DNA of 64,000 nucleotides. It comes from Candidatus Omnitrophota bacterium. Lineage in GTDB: Bacteria > Omnitrophota > Gorgyraeia > Duberdicusellales > 4484-171. The translations under genes were made by a program, and so were the position numbers. Of this stretch, positions 57,079 through 64,000 are shown piece after piece; within the stretch, counting starts at the first letter, position 1; each line of letters begins with the position of its first letter. The DNA is taken from contig JBDRAN010000002.1 in assembly GCA_043823745.1 (NCBI GenBank), forward strand, positions 6,296-70,295, read 5' to 3'. The notes under the pieces are model-generated. The model did no database searches. It saw only the letters and a list, made by a program, of their open reading frames with translations, and was not told the DNA's origin.

Positions 57079-57247
57079 ACGCTAATTTTCGCAAATCCGG
57101 AAGAACGCTAATGTACGCTCATCAAGAAGAGAAGCTCGAATATGAAGGTATTCAATCCATGACAATTATAGTTTTTTCATTAGTGTCATTTGCGTTTTCA
57201 AAATTCGCGGTCATTGGCGTTCTAAATTAGCGGTAATTCGCGTTTAT
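57079..57247. repeat. intergenic inverted simple-repeat element, same family as 218-587
   Basis: acgctaattttcgcaaat.. left arm; ..aattagcggtaattcgcgtttat right arm abutting the purQ ATG. Confidence 0.88.
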
Positions 57248-58015
57248 ATGAAACCAAAAGTCTTGATTTTACGAACTGCGGGGACTAATTGCGACAAGGA
57301 AACGGAGTTTGCGTTTACCAACGCCGGCGCCAAGACGTATCTTGAGCATATTAATTATATCAAATGCCATACGCGCCTCGAGGATTATCAGATTATCGCG
57401 ATCCCCGGCGGCTTTAGCTACGGCGATGACCTTGGTGCCGGAAAAATTTTCTCTCTTGAATTATTGCTGTGGCTTAAGGATGCATTACGCGTTTTTATCG
57501 ACCGGGGAGGGCTTGCGATCGGTATTTGTAACGGTTTCCAGGTCATGGTAAAGACCGGCATGCTTCCGGACACCGATTTTACTCAAAAAGTAACACTTAC
57601 CTTTAATGATTCGGGGCGCTTTGAGGATCGCTGGACCTACGTGAAGGTCAGTCAACCGAAGGCGAGCGCCGTCAATATATGGCTCAAAGATTTACCGAGC
57701 GTGATTAACCTTCCGGTTGCGCATGGCGAGGGAAAGTTCTATGCGTCAGAGAAAATTTTAGATACAATACAGAATAACGGCCAAATCGTTTTGCAGTACT
57801 GCGATAGCGCCGGTAAACCGGCCGGTTATCCGTTTGATCCCAACGGTTCCTGCCGGCATATTGCCGGCATTACGGATGCAACCGGGCGCATCTTTGGCCT
57901 TATGCCTCATCCGGAACGTTTTATTTTTAAGCATCATTGGCCGCATTGGAAGGAAGGCGAGCGGCCGGCGTATGGCCTTAAAATTTTTGAAAATAGTGTT
58001 GCTTATTTTACGTAA
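57248..58015 (+). CDS. purQ: FGAM synthase glutaminase subunit
   Basis: GTNCD, PGGFSYGD, GICNGFQ, AHGEG, MPHPER. Confidence 0.97.
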   Translation: MKPKVLILRTAGTNCDKETEFAFTNAGAKTYLEHINYIKCHTRLEDYQIIAIPGGFSYGDDLGAGKIFSLELLLWLKDALRVFIDRGGLAIGICNGFQVMVKTGMLPDTDFTQKVTLTFNDSGRFEDRWTYVKVSQPKASAVNIWLKDLPSVINLPVAHGEGKFYASEKILDTIQNNGQIVLQYCDSAGKPAGYPFDPNGSCRHIAGITDATGRIFGLMPHPERFIFKHHWPHWKEGERPAYGLKIFENSVAYFT

Positions 58016-58041
58016 TCCGACACGCGAAGCTTGAGTTTACG

Positions 58042-59289
58042 ATGAAAAATATTATTGCTATCTGCGCGGCGTGCGGGATAGGGATACTGGCGGTATCGGC
58101 CCAGCCGATTCTCCCGAAGAACAAAATACCCTTTGGTATTGGCCCCGGCATACGGCAGAACATAGAGAACTTATACCAAGAGTCAGCCGAAGCGCGCGCG
58201 GCGGCCATAATCAAGCTCGGCGATATGAAAGAAAAAGCTGCCGTTGCCGTGCCTTTTCTTGTTGAAATGCTTTCGGATAGTGGTTCGCTTAAACCCTATG
58301 GTATGGTGAGTACCAAAGCAGCTGAAGCGTTAGTAAAAATCGGCGCGCCCTCAGTTGAGCCCCTTATCGGGGTTTTAAAAAATTCCCGGGAACGCGTGGT
58401 GCGTTCCGCTGCTGCGTCAGCGCTCGGACAACTCCATGACGCGCGCGCGATTGAACCGTTGATCGAGTCCTTTCGTGGGGAAGATAGTTTATTCAGGCTC
58501 TATGTTGCAGAAGCGTTAGGCCAAATCGGAAAGCCTGCTATTGGGTCTTTGAGTGTCTTGTTGGAAAACCGGAATGAAATCATGCGTGAAGCAGCGACGG
58601 TTTCGCTTGGCCAAATCGCGATGTTTAAACGCGACACTCGCGCAGCGGAATATTTACTGATTTCGTTACGCGACGATGACGTTGCCGTGCGCCGGCAGGC
58701 AGCGGTAGCGCTTTATAATATTTCAGGTTGGTACAAAATGCCGGCTGCGATTGATGCTGCGATCGTTGCTCTTGAGGACGCGGATGCGGAGGTTGCCAGC
58801 TATTGCGCTCTTTCTTTAGGAGCCAGCGGAGCATACCAGGCCATTAACCCGCTTATTAAGGCGCTGGGCCGTAAAGGAAATGTTGAATCGGCTCAAGGGT
58901 TTATGAACTTTGATGTTTACGAGAACGCGGTAAACGCGTTGACAAAAATCGGTAAACCGGCGGCCAGCGTGCTTCGAGACGCGTTACACGACCGGGATAG
59001 ATATACGAGACAAGGCGCGGCCACGGTGCTTGGCCGGATCAAGGATCTGTATGCGATTGAGCCGTTGATCGGCGCTCTTGGCGACACCGAGGAGGGGGTG
59101 CGCCTGGCGAGTCGTGATGCACTTATTACGATCGGCGTTCCGGCTACCTGGCCGATCATTGTGGCGTTTAGAAGCGCCGAGGGTCCCGCGCAGCAGCTTA
59201 TCGCCGGGATATTGACAAAAATTACGGGGGAAAATTTAGGGCTTGATCAGGCAAAATGGTACGATTGGTATCAACGAAGGAATAACTGA
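58042..59289 (+). CDS. exported HEAT/PBS-lyase repeat protein
   Basis: Signal peptide; repeated R..AA.ALG.IG..A..PLI..L units. Confidence 0.88.
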   Translation: MKNIIAICAACGIGILAVSAQPILPKNKIPFGIGPGIRQNIENLYQESAEARAAAIIKLGDMKEKAAVAVPFLVEMLSDSGSLKPYGMVSTKAAEALVKIGAPSVEPLIGVLKNSRERVVRSAAASALGQLHDARAIEPLIESFRGEDSLFRLYVAEALGQIGKPAIGSLSVLLENRNEIMREAATVSLGQIAMFKRDTRAAEYLLISLRDDDVAVRRQAAVALYNISGWYKMPAAIDAAIVALEDADAEVASYCALSLGASGAYQAINPLIKALGRKGNVESAQGFMNFDVYENAVNALTKIGKPAASVLRDALHDRDRYTRQGAATVLGRIKDLYAIEPLIGALGDTEEGVRLASRDALITIGVPATWPIIVAFRSAEGPAQQLIAGILTKITGENLGLDQAKWYDWYQRRNN

Positions 59290-59290
59290 T

Positions 59291-60688
59291 ATGTCAAGGA
59301 TTAAGGAATATTGCGGACTATTCGGTGTTTACAGCAGCGCTGAAGCGAGCCTTCTCGCGTTTCTCGGTCTTTATTCTTTGCAGCATCGAGGGGAGGAGTC
59401 ATGCGGTATTATTTCGTATGACGGCACAACCTTTAATGCACACCTGGGCATGGGCTTGGTAAGCGACGTTATCGATGAGAGTGCACTTGCGAAGTTAAAG
59501 GGGTTTCAGGCTATTGGTCACGTGCGGTATTCAACGACCGGTTCAAGCGCCCTGCGTAACGCTCAGCCGCTTTTTGTTGATTCAAATAAGATGCCACTCG
59601 CCTTGGCGCATAATGGTAACCTGGTGAATTCGCGCGAATTGCGCGCGAGCCTTGAGAATAAAGGCGCAATTTTTCAGACTACATCAGACTCTGAGCTTAT
59701 CCTGCATCTTTTGATGCGAGCGAAGGAGCCGTTATTTGAGGATAAACTTAAAAGTACCCTGCGAAAAATAAAAGGAGCATACTCGCTGCTTTTGATGAAT
59801 AAGGATTCAGTTATCGGAATACGTGATCCCTGGGGTTTTAGGCCGCTCTCTATCGGGAAGAAAGACGATGCTTTTTTTATTTCATCGGAAACGTGCGCGC
59901 TTGATCTGGTTGGAGCGACTCTGGTGCGGGATGTCGAGCCCGGAGAGATTGTAATTATCGATGCGAAAGGAATACGCTCCCTGCGGTATGTGCCACAGAA
60001 AAGAGCGCACGCGTTTTGCGCGTTTGAGCATGTTTATTTCTCGCGTCCTGATTCTGTCGTATTTGGTGAGACGGTGCATGTGGTCAGGGAAAATCTCGGC
60101 CGCCGACTTGCCCAGGAACACCCGGTAGAGGCTGATGCGGTTATCGGAGTCCCTGATTCCGGGACATCCGCGGCGCTGGGGTTTTCCCGGGAAGCCGGCA
60201 TTCCGCTTGAGATGGGGATTATCCGCAACCACTATATCGGACGCACGTTTATCCAGCCGCAACAGGAAAAGAGGGAATTTGGCGTTAAGCTCAAATTTAA
60301 TATTTTAAAAGAAGTCGTGGCAGGTAAGCGTATCGTTCTCGTTGATGATTCTATCGTGCGCGGGACAACATCGCGCATACGCGTTAAAAGTTTCCGCGAA
60401 ATGGGCGTCCGCCAAGTGCATCTGCGTATTTCCTGTCCGCCACATAGGTTTGGTTGTTTTTACGGTATCGATTTTCCTGATCCGCGTAAGCTTATCGCGA
60501 ATGAAAAAACAAATAAGCAGATCAAAGAGTATCTTGGCGTTGACAGTATCGGTTATCTAAGTATTGAAGGGATGCTGTCGTGTTTTAAAAATCCGCCAGC
60601 CTCGTATTGTACGGCGTGCTGGTCAGGAACGTATCCTGTGTGTTTTGCCGGGGCTGATAAATATGCGCTTGAGAAGGGGAGGCGATAA
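59291..60688 (+). CDS. purF: amidophosphoribosyltransferase
   Basis: Propeptide then CGLFG, LQHRG, GHVRYST, HNGN, VDDSIVRGTT, C.ACW. Confidence 0.98.
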   Translation: MSRIKEYCGLFGVYSSAEASLLAFLGLYSLQHRGEESCGIISYDGTTFNAHLGMGLVSDVIDESALAKLKGFQAIGHVRYSTTGSSALRNAQPLFVDSNKMPLALAHNGNLVNSRELRASLENKGAIFQTTSDSELILHLLMRAKEPLFEDKLKSTLRKIKGAYSLLLMNKDSVIGIRDPWGFRPLSIGKKDDAFFISSETCALDLVGATLVRDVEPGEIVIIDAKGIRSLRYVPQKRAHAFCAFEHVYFSRPDSVVFGETVHVVRENLGRRLAQEHPVEADAVIGVPDSGTSAALGFSREAGIPLEMGIIRNHYIGRTFIQPQQEKREFGVKLKFNILKEVVAGKRIVLVDDSIVRGTTSRIRVKSFREMGVRQVHLRISCPPHRFGCFYGIDFPDPRKLIANEKTNKQIKEYLGVDSIGYLSIEGMLSCFKNPPASYCTACWSGTYPVCFAGADKYALEKGRR

Positions 60689-61695
60689 TGGCTCGATTAA
60701 CCTATAAGGATTCAGGCGTTGACGTACGCAAGGCAGATCATTTTGTGCGCGGCATTAATGGATTTTTGACATCGAGCGCGTTAAGTGAAATCGCGGCGTT
60801 TGGTTGCCCTTTTGATTTGGGGCCGGCGCTTAAAAAATATAAAAATCCGGTTTTAGTTTCATCGACCGACGGCGTGGGGACAAAATTAAAAATTGCTCAA
60901 GTCTTTGGGAGCCACGGCACGGTTGGTATTGATTTGGTGGGTATGAACGTGAATGACGTTATATGTTTGGGGGCTCAACCGCTCTTTTTCCTTGATTATG
61001 TTGCCTGTGGTCGTCTGAAGCCAAAGATCCTCCACGCGGTTGTCAGGGGAATTCATGCGGGTCTTCTCCAGGCGGGGTGCGCGCTTATTGGCGGGGAAAC
61101 CGCGGAGATGCCCGGGATGTACGATGAGAATGAATATGATTTGGCGGGGTTTTGCGTCGGCATGGTGGAGCGCAATGCGATGGTTACCGGAAGCAGGATG
61201 CTTCCCGGAGACATCATCATCGGTTTGGCCTCAAGCGGCCTGCACTCAAACGGCTTTTCGTTAGCGCGCCGGGCGTTGGGTGCGCGCGGTATGCGAAAGT
61301 ATAGTGCCGAGCTTCTGGCCCCTACGCGTATTTACGTAAAACCGATTTTACGTACGTTGGCCTCGTTACGGGCTGCCTCAAAGACCGTGAAGGGTATCGC
61401 GCATATAACCGGAGGAGCATTCTACAGCAAAGCTACTAAAATTGTACCTTCGGGCTTGGGTATGGTGGTGCGTAAGGGGTCCTGGCCCGTTCCGGATATT
61501 TTTAAACGCATTCAGGAGTATGGCGCTATCGAGGAACGTGAGATGTACTCGGTGTTTAATATGGGTATCGGCATGATGATGGTTGTAACAAAAAAGCAGG
61601 CAGAATCGGTGGTTAAGAAACTTACGCATCAGAAATGCAAATCCTGGGCTATCGGGGAGATAGTGAAAAGCGACACTAAGATGCGCATAGAGTAA
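60688..61695 (+). CDS. purM: AIR synthetase
   Basis: YKDSGVD, TDGVGTK, GGETAEMP, SSGLHSNG, HITGG, FNMGIG. Confidence 0.98.
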   Translation: MARLTYKDSGVDVRKADHFVRGINGFLTSSALSEIAAFGCPFDLGPALKKYKNPVLVSSTDGVGTKLKIAQVFGSHGTVGIDLVGMNVNDVICLGAQPLFFLDYVACGRLKPKILHAVVRGIHAGLLQAGCALIGGETAEMPGMYDENEYDLAGFCVGMVERNAMVTGSRMLPGDIIIGLASSGLHSNGFSLARRALGARGMRKYSAELLAPTRIYVKPILRTLASLRAASKTVKGIAHITGGAFYSKATKIVPSGLGMVVRKGSWPVPDIFKRIQEYGAIEEREMYSVFNMGIGMMMVVTKKQAESVVKKLTHQKCKSWAIGEIVKSDTKMRIE

Positions 61696-61811
61696 AGCGC
61701 ACCGCGCATCTGTCTGTAGCTGACAGCCCTACAGGCTTTCAGCCTGTTGGGTAGATAGGGAAGCAGGTTGGTGTGTATGTGTTTGGGCTATGCAAAAAAG
61801 AGGAGGGGAGT

Positions 61812-62687
61812 ATGAGTTTATTTTATTTACTCGGTATTGCTATTGTTGTTATTTTTTTTTCAGGCATCAGGATTGTGAGGCCAACGCACCGGGCGCTTAT
61901 CGAGCGCTTAGGTAAATACAACCGTTTCGCTAATGCCGGTTTTCATTGGATTGTTCCGGTTATAGAGCATATTTATTTAGTTAACGTCACTGAACAAATG
62001 GTGGATGCTGAGCCGCAGGAGATTATTACTAATGATAATTTGAATGCCAAGGTTGACGCGCAGGTTTATTTTAAAGTAAAAGCTGATGAAGCGAGCGTCA
62101 AAAGCTGCCAGTATAACGTAAATAATTATCAGTGGCAGATTGTAAATTTGGCGCGTACAACCCTAAGGAATATTATCGGCACTTTGACGTTAAAGTCAGC
62201 GAACAGTGAGAGAGGTAAGATCAATGCGGAGTTACACAGGACACTATGCGATGAGACTGCAAGTTGGGGTTTAGAGATCGTTCGCACAGAGTTAAAAGAG
62301 ATTGATCCTCCTAAGGATGTTCAAGAGACGATGAATAAAGTAGTTAAGGCAGAAAATGAAAAGATTGCTGCGGTTGATTACGCTACTGCTACTGAAACTG
62401 TTGCTGACGGACAAAAGAGAGCAGAAATAAAAAAAGCAGAAGGCATCAAGCAGGCGAATATTCTATCGGCAGAAGGTGAGGCAGCGGCAATACGCATGGT
62501 CAATGAGGCTGCGGAAAAATATTTTGTGGGTAATGCCCAACTGTTGCGGCGGCTTGAGATGGTAGAGAAATCTCTTCAGCATAATGCGAAAATAGTAGTT
62601 CCTTTGAACTCTGACTTAGTAAACGTTATCGGTGAAATGGCGGGCGTTCTGCCGATAGTAAAGAAAGAGGAACGGAAGGATAAGTAA
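61812..62687 (+). CDS. SPFH/band 7 family membrane protein
   Basis: N-terminal TM, ERLGKY, QEIIT.DN, TTLRNIIG, WG, coiled coil with AEG; AGGAGG SD. Confidence 0.92.
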   Translation: MSLFYLLGIAIVVIFFSGIRIVRPTHRALIERLGKYNRFANAGFHWIVPVIEHIYLVNVTEQMVDAEPQEIITNDNLNAKVDAQVYFKVKADEASVKSCQYNVNNYQWQIVNLARTTLRNIIGTLTLKSANSERGKINAELHRTLCDETASWGLEIVRTELKEIDPPKDVQETMNKVVKAENEKIAAVDYATATETVADGQKRAEIKKAEGIKQANILSAEGEAAAIRMVNEAAEKYFVGNAQLLRRLEMVEKSLQHNAKIVVPLNSDLVNVIGEMAGVLPIVKKEERKDK

Positions 62688-62690
62688 GGT

Positions 62691-62891
62691 CTAATGAGAC
62701 TTACGCTTTTTTTAAGCTGTAAGCGCTAAAAAAAGTGTGTAGTCGCGTTAGTTCCATTTTTGCCTCAATTGATATTTTCGCAATTTCAGGAAATTGCGAG
62801 GGAAACATATCGGGTGCAAAAATGGGATCAATTCGCGCAGGTGACTTATGAGCACTCACCTGTGTTCGCTCCATAAGTCACGCGCTCATTG
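62691..62891. repeat. array of long imperfect hairpins bounded by AATGAG..CTCATT
   Basis: Three stem-loops; the first is related to 15925-15976 in inverted orientation. Confidence 0.65.
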
Positions 62892-62902
62892 AAGGAGGTT
62901 AT

Positions 62903-63154
62903 ATGGAGTATTCACCGTATGCTTTTATAGGGGCATATATGGGCATTATGGCATTCATGGCAGCGTCAATAACGATGGCGGCCGCAGCGATTGCGATAGC
63001 GTTTCTTTCAGCGAACCGCGAGAGGATCAATCCCGTCATTCTTTGGATTCTTAGGATTATTTGTTGGATAGCATTGTTGATCGGGGCAGCGTATACATTC
63101 TCAAGTTTGTACAACGTTGTCGCTCAACTCATTCTTAATTTTAAAAAAGCCTAA
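62903..63154 (+). CDS. small two-TM hypothetical protein
   Basis: AGGAGG SD; hydrophobic; stop abuts the purD ATG. Confidence 0.6.
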   Translation: MEYSPYAFIGAYMGIMAFMAASITMAAAAIAIAFLSANRERINPVILWILRIICWIALLIGAAYTFSSLYNVVAQLILNFKKA

Positions 63155-64000
63155 ATGAAAGTTTTAGTTATTGGTTCAGGCGGCAGGGAGCATGCGATTG
63201 TTTGGAAAATCGCTCAATCAAAGTTACAGCCTACAATTTTTTGCGCTCCCGGCAACGGCGGTATCGCTGATATCGCGACCTGCATTGATATCAAGGCGGA
63301 TGATGTCAGGGCCTTGTGTGATTTTGCTAAAGTTGAGCATATTGACTTGACTGTGGTGGGGCCGGAAGCGCCGCTTGCGCTTGGTATTGTTGATGAGTTT
63401 ACAAAGCATTCGTGTGCGATATTTGGGCCGAGTAAAGCCGCGGCAGCGCTTGAAGGCAGTAAGGTTTTCGCAAAAGAGTTTATGGCACGCTGGAAGGTGT
63501 CCACCGCTGATTTTAAGGTTTTTACTGATGCCGTCGCGGCGCACGAATACATCGCCCGGCGCGGTGTTCCCTGTGTAGTTAAGGCAGATGGTCTTGCGGC
63601 GGGAAAAGGCGTTGTGGTTGCCGAGAATCTTGACGAGGCGCATGAGGCCGTGGCCGCTATGATGGAGAAAAAAACGTTTGGGATAGCAGGCTCAAAAGTT
63701 ATCATTGAGGATTGTCTGGTGGGCGAAGAAGCTTCGATTATTGCGATTGTGGACGCGCACACGGTCATGATGCTTGCTTCAAGCCAGGACCATAAGCGTG
63801 TCTTTGACGATGATAAAGGCCCTAATACCGGCGGTATGGGTGCGTATTCTCCGGCGCCGATGGTAAGCGAAGAGGTGCTGGGGTGTATACACGCTACCGT
63901 GATCGAACCAATCATCCGGGGATTACGCCAGGACGGCGTTGTGTATCGCGGTGTTCTGTACGCAGGCATTATGCTTACCGCGGCCGGCCCGCAGGTCCTT
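63155..64000 (+). CDS. purD: phosphoribosylamine-glycine ligase (3' truncated by window)
   Basis: Read from the sequence, absent from the ORF track: MKVLVIGSGGREHA, APGNGG, VGPEAPL, EGSK, KADGLAAGKGV, QDHKR, GPNTGGMGAYSP. Confidence 0.97.
   Translation, partial: MKVLVIGSGGREHAIVWKIAQSKLQPTIFCAPGNGGIADIATCIDIKADDVRALCDFAKVEHIDLTVVGPEAPLALGIVDEFTKHSCAIFGPSKAAAALEGSKVFAKEFMARWKVSTADFKVFTDAVAAHEYIARRGVPCVVKADGLAAGKGVVVAENLDEAHEAVAAMMEKKTFGIAGSKVIIEDCLVGEEASIIAIVDAHTVMMLASSQDHKRVFDDDKGPNTGGMGAYSPAPMVSEEVLGCIHATVIEPIIRGLRQDGVVYRGVLYAGIMLTAAGPQVL

Noticed and set aside
57121-57180. Possible gene relic (QEEKLEYEG) in the purL-purQ element
   Set aside because: Too short and ambiguous to assign
61709-61751. 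Small hairpins after purM
   Set aside because: No T-run, no second copy and no repeat periodicity, so no call is supportable
569-63969. All minus-strand ORFs, including the long ones at 41802-42470, 45191-45805, 52009-52614 and 63214-63969
   Set aside because: They are antisense shadows of well-supported + strand genes with no recognisable motifs; 63214-63969 is the shadow of purD
1-64000. tRNA, rRNA or tmRNA genes
   Set aside because: No cloverleaf with a T-loop GTTCRA and acceptor stem, and no rRNA-like conserved blocks seen in any spacer

Overview
A 64-kb stretch of bacterial chromosome in which every credible gene is on the + strand. Most genes are housekeeping: cdsA-dxr-rseP-ispG, proS-rimP-nusA-infB, trpS-scpA-ruvB, tgt-trmD-rplS-rnhB, fchA-folD, guaB-guaA, dnaE with a 452-aa LAGLIDADG intein, HU-hisS-aspS, phoH-HD-ybeY-recO, queF, polX, apbE, panB and purB-L-Q-F-M-D. 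Gene content and style suggest a PVC-superphylum organism such as Omnitrophota (inference only). Two AT-rich accessory islands interrupt the backbone. (1) At 27.7-36.0 kb, acyl-reductase and PhcB-like methyltransferase genes are paired with 7TM histidine kinases, a receiver and a small His-box protein; this is a candidate fatty-acid-derived signalling system. (2) At 47.9-50.9 kb there is a HEPN-motif protein plus secreted ORFans. The most unusual feature is non-coding. By hand count, 20 of the 33 intergenic spacers longer than 50 bp carry degenerate 7-11-nt tandem repeats, usually a left arm followed by its reverse complement, with many different unit sequences. Some of these recur at distant loci, some are nested in each other, some are interrupted by REP-like hairpins, and three enclose short relics that look like GxxExxY or four-helix-bundle genes. 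They look like the empty shells of a mobile gene-cassette system. All family assignments come from motif recognition by eye; no searches were run.
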